23,479 nucleotides of DNA from Candidatus Thorarchaeota archaeon (GTDB lineage Archaea; Asgardarchaeota; Heimdallarchaeia; Heimdallarchaeales; Heimdallarchaeaceae): positions 1 through 23,479 of the forward strand of contig JBHLQZ010000009.1 of the NCBI GenBank assembly GCA_048883065.1, in the 5' to 3' direction. How positions within the stretch are numbered: the first letter of the stretch is position 1; the number at the start of each line of letters is the position of its first letter. The notes under the pieces are model-generated. The model did not search any database. It was not told the origin of the DNA and was given only the letters and a program-made list of their open reading frames with translations. A program made the translations under genes and the position numbers. Below, piece by piece: positions 1 to 7,216 of the stretch.

Positions 1-53
1 TTGTTCTCTATAAGACGATTTGTTGTAACTATTTCCTTTGAATGAGGAGCCAT
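1..53 (-). CDS. Possible N-terminal fragment of a CDS running off the left edge (MAPHSKEIVTTNRLIEN...)
   Basis: Reverse complement from position 53 reads ATG GCT CCT CAT TCA AAG GAA ATA GTT ACA ACA AAT CGT CTT ATA GAG AAC, with no stop to the edge. Too short to identify. Confidence 0.3.
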   Translation of the reverse strand, partial: MAPHSKEIVTTNRLIEN

Positions 54-98
54 GAGTTCTATCTGAATCACGTGTTGTCGTAAATGTCACCTTTTTAG

Positions 99-179
99 TT
101 ATTTCTTCTTAGGAGCAGTTTTAGGTTTTTGACTTGTTGCAGCTTTTTTCTTAGCTGGTTTTTTCTTTGATTTAGACAT
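99..179 (-). CDS. Lysine/alanine/proline-rich basic microprotein, 26 aa (MSKSKKKPAKKKAATSQKPKTAPKKK)
   Basis: Manual minus-strand translation; ATG (rc of 177-179) to TAA (rc of 99-101). A purine-rich SD-like TGAGGT lies just upstream and overlaps the stop of the preceding acidic ORF. Absent from the supplied ORF track because of length. Confidence 0.55.
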   Translation of the reverse strand: MSKSKKKPAKKKAATSQKPKTAPKKK

Positions 180-189
180 TTTTTATACC

Positions 190-306
190 TCAATATTCAT
201 CTTCTTGGTCTTCATACCAGTCTTCTTCATCTTCGTACCAGTCTTCTTCCTGGTCTTCTTCTTCCCATTCTTCATCAATGGGTTGCTTTTTATCCTTTGG
301 ATCCAT
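190..306 (-). CDS. Highly acidic microprotein, 38 aa (MDPKDKKQPIDEEWEEEDQEEDWYEDEEDWYEDQEDEY)
   Basis: Manual minus-strand translation. ATG at 304-306 with GGAG about 11 nt upstream, TGA at 190-192. The frame is open up to about 384, so a TTG start at 354 or 348 is an alternative. Confidence 0.5.
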   Translation of the reverse strand: MDPKDKKQPIDEEWEEEDQEEDWYEDEEDWYEDQEDEY

Positions 307-410
307 TATGATCGTAACTCCGGATTTTTTGTTTGCTTCATCCCTCAATCTCAATTGTGAAGAAACATCTTCAAGATGAGATGATTAGGCAAAAAATGGA
401 TTTTGAATCT

Positions 411-420
411 GGGATATAAA
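411..420 (-). promoter_or_regulatory. Putative TATA box for the microprotein pair (CTTTATATCC on the minus strand, core in 411-420)
   Basis: Forward sequence gggatataaag; reverse complement CTTTATATCC fits an archaeal TATA element upstream of the minus-strand ORFs. Confidence 0.35.
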
Positions 421-518
421 GATTTCTATGGTTATAATTTTCTTCAAAAAAGAGATAAAATTTTTAGTTAATTTTTCTCATAAAAGAATCTTCATCTTTA
501 GGTTATTTTTTACTAAAA

Positions 519-1262
519 ATGAAAAGTTTATATTCGAAAAATTATGATAAAAATTATTGGTGGAAAATATTGAAATTTCAACTAAATCGAAAAAAAGAAT
601 GGGGTTTTTTTATTAATCCTAACAACTTTCAAATTGGTGAGTTGAAAGGAGAAATCCCCAATGGGTACTTCATTATTCTTCGAAGAAGAGAATTTGAGGA
701 TTCAATTGGAAAAAGTGTAATAAGAAATCTCTATGGATTAATTTCTAAAGATAATGTTAACTATTTATCAAAGAAGGAAATGGCTTTGAGATTATCAGAG
801 AGATGTGCACAGTTCATTCTAAAAAACAATAAACTTCCTCCTAAAGTTTCCATTGAAAAAAAACCAAAGGAAAAAAAACCAATAGAATTAGCATTTGGTT
901 TTAGCAAGTATGATGTGTTTCATTTGAAAATTGCAGAGGAAATGTTGAATGGAAAAAATCCTAAGACAGTATTAGAAAAAATTATTGAATCTACAAGTAA
1001 GAATTTATATGAAATGGAAATGGAGAAAATCTGGAAAATTGAATATGCACCAAATGGTAGATCCTTATGTAAAAAATGTAAAAGACAAATCAAAGAGAAA
1101 GAGATTAGATTAGGAGAACCATATTACAGTGACGAAAACCTTATTTTTCAATGGAATCATCTGAATTGTATAAATCTATCAAAATTGAATCGAAATATGG
1201 TAACAGGATTAGATGATATAGATGAAACAGACAAAAGAAGAATTGAAAAAAAACTCAAATGA
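519..1262 (+). CDS. Protein with C-terminal PARP-type zinc finger and uncharacterised N-terminal region
   Basis: C-terminal IEYAPNGRSLCKKCKRQIKEKEIRLGEPYYSDENLIFQWNHLNCINLSKLNRNMVTGLDDIDETDKRRIEKKLK has the C-x2-C-x26-H-x2-C ligand pattern. The flanking EYA.(S/N)GR..CKKC..I..., W.H..C and later 'GLDDID..DKRRI' elements resemble PARP1 / DNA ligase III zinc fingers. Confidence 0.75.
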   Translation: MKSLYSKNYDKNYWWKILKFQLNRKKEWGFFINPNNFQIGELKGEIPNGYFIILRRREFEDSIGKSVIRNLYGLISKDNVNYLSKKEMALRLSERCAQFILKNNKLPPKVSIEKKPKEKKPIELAFGFSKYDVFHLKIAEEMLNGKNPKTVLEKIIESTSKNLYEMEMEKIWKIEYAPNGRSLCKKCKRQIKEKEIRLGEPYYSDENLIFQWNHLNCINLSKLNRNMVTGLDDIDETDKRRIEKKLK

Positions 1263-1322
1263 TTCTTAGACTATTGATTTATCTCGAAAAAGACTTTTAT
1301 CTTATTATTTTATTCTTATCTC

Positions 1323-2528
1323 ATGCAAGCATCTAGAAGTAACAAAAGTACCTCAAAAAAGAAATCAAGAAAAAGAAAACTTGTTATATTCCGAGGGAAG
1401 ATAAAACAACTTCTAATTGCGGTCTTAATATTAGTTATATTTTGGATAATAGGATTAATTGTTTTTTATGGAATTGAAATAGATAGAAGCTTCTCAAATA
1501 TAGTTCTAGTATCTTTACTATTAAGAGAAGGGGCAGATACAATTTTTTACTCGATTTATAGATTCCTTTTTCCTTTGCTATTTGAGCTTCTTATATTAAG
1601 TATTGTAGTTTCGTTCTTGTTAGAATACTATAGCTTTGATCCAGTTGATCGAGCAAGGAAACTTGTTAAACGTCAATCCGATCACTCTGTAGTATTGGGT
1701 TATAACCACCTTGGAGAGAGAATTGTAGAATTTTTACGTGAACATAAACAACCCTATGTATTAGTCGAACAAGAAAAGGAATTGATTGATGAACTGATTA
1801 GTTTAGGACAACCAGTGGTTGTGGGCGATTATACAAGTGATGATATAATTGAATTATCTGGGATTAAGAAAAGCAAAGAAATTTTTTGCGTTTCAAGTAA
1901 CTTACGTAGTTCTTTAATTGCTGCAGAGAAGGCAAGAGAACTTAACAAAAACTGTAAATTGTATATGAGGATGTTTGATGAGCATTTTAGGGAATTTCTA
2001 GAAGGGGATCCTTGGGATGCTTATACTTTCTCAACTTCAGGTTGGATCATGGAGTCAATAAAAGAATGGACAAAAGGTATCGATGGATCAGTAGTTATTT
2101 TGGGAAATGATTCTACTGTTAAAAGAATAATTCAATACATAGGAGAAGAATTGAAGAAGGAAATTTATGTTATTGACCCTATAATTGATCCTGATTTATT
2201 TGAACTTGATACTATACAAGTTTATAATGATAAAATTAAATATCTTGAAAGTTTAGAGGATCTCTGCAATCTTAAAAATGTTTCACAAGTGTATATTTGT
2301 TGGAATAAAGAAGAACTATTTTCTGATGCAATATTACTGACTAAAGCATTGAAACAAAAATATTCCCAAATAACTGTTTATGTTCGAATGTTTGATGAGG
2401 AATTAGCAAGAATTGCTAAGATTTTAGATGCCATTCCTTTTTCTACTTCAGCTTATGCTTTTAAGATGTTACAAAAAGAAGTGGACATGGATTCAGGAAT
2501 TTCTCTAATTAAAGAAAAAAAATCTTGA
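1323..2528 (+). CDS. Ion-channel-like membrane protein with tandem TrkA-N/RCK-like cytosolic domains
   Basis: Two N-terminal hydrophobic helices, then a Rossmann-like start (HSVVLGYNHLGERIVEFLREHKQPYVLVEQE...VVVGDYTSDDIIELSGI) and a second RCK-like half sharing (Y)xRMFDE...FSTSxx with the first. Confidence 0.75.
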   Translation: MQASRSNKSTSKKKSRKRKLVIFRGKIKQLLIAVLILVIFWIIGLIVFYGIEIDRSFSNIVLVSLLLREGADTIFYSIYRFLFPLLFELLILSIVVSFLLEYYSFDPVDRARKLVKRQSDHSVVLGYNHLGERIVEFLREHKQPYVLVEQEKELIDELISLGQPVVVGDYTSDDIIELSGIKKSKEIFCVSSNLRSSLIAAEKARELNKNCKLYMRMFDEHFREFLEGDPWDAYTFSTSGWIMESIKEWTKGIDGSVVILGNDSTVKRIIQYIGEELKKEIYVIDPIIDPDLFELDTIQVYNDKIKYLESLEDLCNLKNVSQVYICWNKEELFSDAILLTKALKQKYSQITVYVRMFDEELARIAKILDAIPFSTSAYAFKMLQKEVDMDSGISLIKEKKS

Positions 2529-2537
2529 GAATATTGC

Positions 2538-3014
2538 ATGTACCCTCAAAGTTTAAAAATTCAAAAGAATAGATTAGTCAGAATGTCATCAAAATCTACT
2601 GAAAATACAAGAAAAGGATTCAAGTTTGCTTTAATCTTATTTGGTATATTAGAAATTGGGGGAGTAATTACAGGACTAGTGTTTATTTTTTCATCTTTTG
2701 CTGATATTGGAAGCGGTGGTGGTGTTGATTTAGATAAGATGTGGATTGGTAATTACATTTTATTTGGTGTTGCTGGTGCACTTCCTTTGCTTGGAATGCC
2801 TATATTGTTTGCTTTTGTAAATTCAAAAAGGAAAACCATTGCTTCGGCTGTTACAAATATGAGGAAGAATCTAATTGGTCCTTTTGCTCCAGATTATACT
2901 GCTTCAGGTATCAAAAAACCTAGGTTTTGTGAGTATTGTGGATTTGAAGTAAGAACTGGAGAAAGAGAGTGCCCAGAATGTGGTGGTCCAGTTAGAACGC
3001 TTAAAGGATATTAA
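2538..3014 (+). CDS. Small membrane protein with two predicted TM helices and C-terminal zinc ribbon; ATG at 2583 is the likelier start
   Basis: Hydrophobic segments FALILFGILEIGGVITGLVFIFSS and NYILFGVAGALPLLGMPILFAFV; C-terminal FCEYCGFEVRTGERECPECGG (CxxC...CxxC). Confidence 0.65.
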   Translation: MYPQSLKIQKNRLVRMSSKSTENTRKGFKFALILFGILEIGGVITGLVFIFSSFADIGSGGGVDLDKMWIGNYILFGVAGALPLLGMPILFAFVNSKRKTIASAVTNMRKNLIGPFAPDYTASGIKKPRFCEYCGFEVRTGERECPECGGPVRTLKGY

Positions 3015-3189
3015 AGTTTTTTTAACTTTTATTTTCTTCTATCTGGAATCTCTAATCTAAAACCTTGTAAATACTTACTAGCTGTTTCATTTGCGTGAAA
3101 TATTTTAAATATAAGCAGAAGAATCTATCCTTTAATTCCAGCTAAATCAATTAATCTACTAGATGTAGTGTAAAGTTTGGTGGATAAAT

Positions 3190-4404
3190 ATGACAAAATA
3201 TTTCAAAAAATGTAATCGATATTTTCGTTTTGGAGAACCCACTATTGCTAAAGCTGCAGGTTATTATCCATATTTTCATCCTATTACTGGTGAACAAAAT
3301 CCTGTTGTTATAATGGATGATAACAAGGAAACAATCATGTGTGGGAGTAATAATTATCTTGGTATGACTTCTCATCCAAAAGTGAAGGAGGCTGCTAAAG
3401 CAGCAATTGATGAGTATGGTGTTGGTTCAACAGGTTCAAGGTTACTTAATGGCACAATGGAGATTCATTTGGAATTAGAAGAAAGACTAGCCAAATTTGT
3501 TGGTACAGAAGATTGTGTTGTTTATTCTACTGGAATGCAAGCAAATCTAGGTACTCTATCGGCTCTGCTTTCAGAAGAAGATGAGTGGGTAGTCTCTGAT
3601 CAATGTAATCACGCATCAATTATAGATGGAATTAGATTAGGTAAGAATAAGGCAGAAAATAAAAAAATCTACAAACATAATAATATGGAAGATTTTGAGA
3701 AATGTATAAGAGAGGTGCCAAAAGGAAAAGCATTGATTGTTACTGATGGAGTCTTTAGTATGGAAGGCGCGATTGCAAAACTTGATACCATAGTAGATTT
3801 AGCGGAAGAAAGAGATGCTGGAGTTTATGTGGATGATGCTCACGCTGTAGGAGTCATTGGACCCTATGGTAGGGGGACTGCAAATCATTTTGACATTCTA
3901 GATAAAGTAGATGTTACAATGGGAACTTTTTCCAAAACCTTTGCTACAGTTGGTGGATACGTAGCAACGGATAAGAAAATCTGTAACTGGTTGCGTCATA
4001 AAGCTAGAGCTTTTATTTTCTCAGCAAGCCCACCTCCTGCTACTTGTGCAACAGTATTAGCTATATTAGATTTAATTGAAAACGATGAATCTTACAAAAA
4101 CAGATTAACTGAAATAGGAAATAAAATGAGAAAAGGTTTATCAGACATGGGATATGACACAGGTCCTTCAGAAACACCTATCGTTCCTTTGATAATTGGG
4201 GGGATTAAAAAAACCATGAACTTCTTCATGGATTTATATAACCATAAACCTGTGGGAATATTTACTAATCCTGTAATGGCTCCTGCAACTCAAGAAGGAA
4301 GAGAGTTGGTTAGAACTTCGTATATGGCAACCATGACTGATGAAGTACTAGATCAAGCATTAGAAATCTTTGAAAAAGTTGGAAGAAAAGCGAAAATAAT
4401 TTAA
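3190..4404 (+). CDS. Alpha-oxoamine synthase family PLP enzyme (serine palmitoyltransferase / 2-amino-3-ketobutyrate CoA ligase / BioF-like)
   Basis: GSNNYLGMTSHPKVKEAA, GSTGSRLLNGTMEIHLELE, NHASIIDG, VDDAHAVGVIGPYGRGT and GTFSKTFATVGGY (PLP lysine) are family hallmarks. Confidence 0.88.
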   Translation: MTKYFKKCNRYFRFGEPTIAKAAGYYPYFHPITGEQNPVVIMDDNKETIMCGSNNYLGMTSHPKVKEAAKAAIDEYGVGSTGSRLLNGTMEIHLELEERLAKFVGTEDCVVYSTGMQANLGTLSALLSEEDEWVVSDQCNHASIIDGIRLGKNKAENKKIYKHNNMEDFEKCIREVPKGKALIVTDGVFSMEGAIAKLDTIVDLAEERDAGVYVDDAHAVGVIGPYGRGTANHFDILDKVDVTMGTFSKTFATVGGYVATDKKICNWLRHKARAFIFSASPPPATCATVLAILDLIENDESYKNRLTEIGNKMRKGLSDMGYDTGPSETPIVPLIIGGIKKTMNFFMDLYNHKPVGIFTNPVMAPATQEGRELVRTSYMATMTDEVLDQALEIFEKVGRKAKII

Positions 4405-4413
4405 TGTTTTGAC

Positions 4414-5283
4414 TTATTCTAAATCTATCCAGAATTCTTTTTCTGGATGTTCTTTTTCTTCACTTAATCTTTTATCTATCCAACAGAAATCACAATAATA
4501 ATTTCCAATCATAATTGTTTTTTCTCTTGTTAAGCTAAAATTCTTATTCATTCTTTTTGTAGTATGAAAATCGTGATAGCACAGAACGTAATATGCTAAT
4601 TCTTTATCATAATTAGCATCAAAGTCCTTTAAAGCTTCTTGAATCATACATTTATTTATTTTCACTCCAATTTTCCCCTCTTCTTGTTTAAAAGCAACAT
4701 AGTTGTGTGTATATTTGTATTCCTTTTCATGTAACTCAATTATCTCTTCCACATACTCCATTGTGGGGGGAGCTAGTTCTTTACTTTCATAAATAAAATC
4801 AATATATTTCTTATAAAATTCAATTGCTTTCTCTCTTTGCATGAAATCTTTGAGTGCGATTGCAATTAGATAGGTTGGGACGATTATTCCCTTTGTTCTG
4901 TCAAATAATTTTACTCTTAACTTTGTCCCGCGTTTGGAGAAATGATATTTGTTAAGATCAAGTGAGAGTTTAATAACTTCTATAAGCTTACTTTGTAACA
5001 ATCGAAAGAAATCTAGTATAACTAAATCCTTTCCTTTTTGTTTTAATCTGTAGTTTCTAAGTAATGAAAAAACAGCAGCAGAAACTTCTTCTTCTCTTTT
5101 AATTATTTCAGATAACCTTTTTCCCAAAGCTCTAATATATGGTAGAAAATAATCAGGATAGTTTTCAGCTAAATACTCTAAGAACGAGTTGAAATGCAAA
5201 AGAATAGTGTTTACAAGATTCTTTAAATTAAGATCTATCTCTAAGTTCTCATTATAATCATCGTTTCTTTCGAGTATAATCAC
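4414..5283 (-). CDS. Protein with C-terminal L-2-amino-thiazoline-4-carboxylate (ATC) hydrolase-like domain
   Basis: C-terminal INKCMIQEALKDF...YHDFHTTKRMNKNFSLTREKTIMIGNYYCDFCW resembles the small-domain ending (...RTKTL..GD..CDF) of ATC-hydrolase-like proteins. Confidence 0.5.
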   Translation of the reverse strand: MIILERNDDYNENLEIDLNLKNLVNTILLHFNSFLEYLAENYPDYFLPYIRALGKRLSEIIKREEEVSAAVFSLLRNYRLKQKGKDLVILDFFRLLQSKLIEVIKLSLDLNKYHFSKRGTKLRVKLFDRTKGIIVPTYLIAIALKDFMQREKAIEFYKKYIDFIYESKELAPPTMEYVEEIIELHEKEYKYTHNYVAFKQEEGKIGVKINKCMIQEALKDFDANYDKELAYYVLCYHDFHTTKRMNKNFSLTREKTIMIGNYYCDFCWIDKRLSEEKEHPEKEFWIDLE

Positions 5284-5371
5284 AACAATAGTATTGTAAA
5301 AAACATTTAAAATCTTTATTAACCACCAAAATATGAAGTTGATTTTGCTTTGATTCTCATAAGAAGATACT

Positions 5372-6040
5372 TTAGAGCAGGACTATACTTCTTAGCATTT
5401 CTGCACAGTCTTCAATAAGATCAGAAGTTTCCTCTAGGTCTTTCATTGCATGGTCAAGGATTATTAAAGCACCAGCAGGAACTCCCTCTGTTTTGTTAGC
5501 TATCTGATATTTTAGTTCTCTATATTTATCATCTATTTTCGATTCAATACTATCTACTTTAGCTATATCCTCAATAAGTTGAGGGTGTTCAAGTTTGAAC
5601 ATATCATCAAACACTTTGATAAAAGCCTCGACTTCATCTACAAGGAGCTTAAAAATAGAATCTAATATTTTATTTACTCCTTTAGGAAAATCATGTTCAA
5701 TCAACAGTAATAAATTGTTTACACTTCTTTTTACGCTGCCAGCTGCTTTATCTGCTGTACGTATAAAGTTTAACAAATCAGCTCTTACATATTCAGGAGT
5801 TTGACCTTCTGATAACATGTCAATAATTTCGACTTCTACTTTGTCAGCTGTTTTTTCTTCTTGGTGTATGATCTCATACATGTTTCTTGCCGCATTTTCA
5901 TCTTTTTCAGTCCAGAATTTAAAGAAATCTTTGGATTTTATTATGCAACTGTTCACATGTACCAAATGGGTTCTTATTTTATCTAAAATTCGAGATTCTC
6001 TCCTTCTACTTAACCATTGTCTGAGCTCTTTAGTGTTCAT
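5372..6040 (-). CDS. DUF47 / PhoU-like family protein
   Basis: All-helical 222 aa protein with repeated pattern IHQEEKTADKVEVEIIDML...IRTADKAAGSVKRSVNNLL and VDSIESKIDDKYRELKYQI...DLEETSDLIEDCAEMLRSI, typical of DUF47/PhoU-related proteins. Confidence 0.8.
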   Translation of the reverse strand: MNTKELRQWLSRRRESRILDKIRTHLVHVNSCIIKSKDFFKFWTEKDENAARNMYEIIHQEEKTADKVEVEIIDMLSEGQTPEYVRADLLNFIRTADKAAGSVKRSVNNLLLLIEHDFPKGVNKILDSIFKLLVDEVEAFIKVFDDMFKLEHPQLIEDIAKVDSIESKIDDKYRELKYQIANKTEGVPAGALIILDHAMKDLEETSDLIEDCAEMLRSIVLL

Positions 6041-6109
6041 TTTAAATCCCCTCTACAACGGGAATATGCTTTTTTAGCTATTCCTTCTATTTTATAAAAA
6101 GTATTTGTT

Positions 6110-7216
6110 TTATTTATGCACATTTCTCTTACTCCTTATTTTTTGAAAAATTCTATAATCATCTTTATCTGTAGCAATCAACACTTCACTATTTTTTTCT
6201 AGTGGAATATCCTTTCCAATTAGTTCTTTTGCTTTAATAGAAATACCATTAACTAAAAGATCAATTTCGTAAAATTCCCCTATGCATTTTGAATTGAGTA
6301 TTGTTGCCTTTATAATATTATCATAATTGAGTACATCTTTTTCTGATATATGATATACATCCACTAATTCTGATGGTACTAGAGCAATCACTTCTTTCCC
6401 ATCTTGTAAATCAGTTTCAATTTTTAGTTTTGTTCCATTTTCATGAACCAGAAAGACATCTTTCTTTTTTCTTTCAACTTTTCCTTCAATTGTTGAAGAT
6501 TCTCCCAAAAAATTCGCAACATATAATGAAATTGGATTATTATACACTTCTTCAGGTGTTCCAATTTGTTCAATCTTCCCTTCCTTAAACACAGCAATTC
6601 TATCTGCAACACGCATTGCTTCATGAGTATCATGTGTTGCATGAATACAAGTAATTCCTAAATCCTTAACCAAATTTCTAAGCTCAATTTGAAGCATTTC
6701 TCTAATTTTGGCATCTAAAGCACGTAAAGGATCATCCATAACTAATAAATGTGCATTTGAAACTATAGCTCTAGCTAATGCAACTCGTTGTTTTTGTCCT
6801 CCACTGATTTCATCTGGATAATTCTGCTCTTTCCCTGAAATGTTAAGTAGTGTAAATAACTCTCTTGCAATCACTCTAGATTCATGCAGATTGAGATCTT
6901 TAACAATAGGTCCAAATAAAACATTTGATTCAACAGTCATCCTAGAAAATAGATTATATTCCTCAAAAACAAAACCTACATTTCTATCTTCTGCTTCGAC
7001 TTCAGATACATCTTCATCATCGAATAAAATAGCCCCACTTGAAGGTTTGAGTAATCCAGATACAAGATACATGGTCGTTGTTTTTCCTGAACCTGTTGGT
7101 CCTAATACTGCCAAATACTCCCCATCTTCTATTGTTAGATTAAGATCTTCTACACCTCTTCTACTACCATAGAATTTTGAGATATCTTTTAGTTGTACTT
7201 TAACCATTTCCATCAC
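6110..7216 (-). CDS. ABC transporter ATP-binding protein (CUT1/iron/sulfate-type with C-terminal TOBE-like region); nonconsensus Q-loop and Walker B Glu
   Basis: Walker A GPTGSGKTT, signature ISGGQKQRVALARA, Walker B HLLVMDDPLRALD, Q-loop position is E (GFVFEEYNLF), H-loop ATHDTHEA. Confidence 0.95.
   Translation of the reverse strand: MMEMVKVQLKDISKFYGSRRGVEDLNLTIEDGEYLAVLGPTGSGKTTTMYLVSGLLKPSSGAILFDDEDVSEVEAEDRNVGFVFEEYNLFSRMTVESNVLFGPIVKDLNLHESRVIARELFTLLNISGKEQNYPDEISGGQKQRVALARAIVSNAHLLVMDDPLRALDAKIREMLQIELRNLVKDLGITCIHATHDTHEAMRVADRIAVFKEGKIEQIGTPEEVYNNPISLYVANFLGESSTIEGKVERKKKDVFLVHENGTKLKIETDLQDGKEVIALVPSELVDVYHISEKDVLNYDNIIKATILNSKCIGEFYEIDLLVNGISIKAKELIGKDIPLEKNSEVLIATDKDDYRIFQKIRSKRNVHK

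Noticed and set aside
3015-3189. Possible tRNA or structured RNA in the gap before the PLP gene
   Set aside because: No cloverleaf, T-loop or acceptor stem could be identified by eye; AT-rich leader is the simpler reading.
3151-3375. Antisense 74-aa ORF over the start of the PLP enzyme gene
   Set aside because: Fully overlaps the strongly supported alpha-oxoamine synthase; no recognisable domain.
5595-6077. Plus-strand ORFs (69 and 86 aa) opposite the DUF47 gene
   Set aside because: Antisense shadow ORFs of a confident coding region.
6373-7172. Several ORFs (71, 72, 110 aa) within the first ABC ATPase
   Set aside because: Overlap the ATPase in other frames; low-complexity translations.
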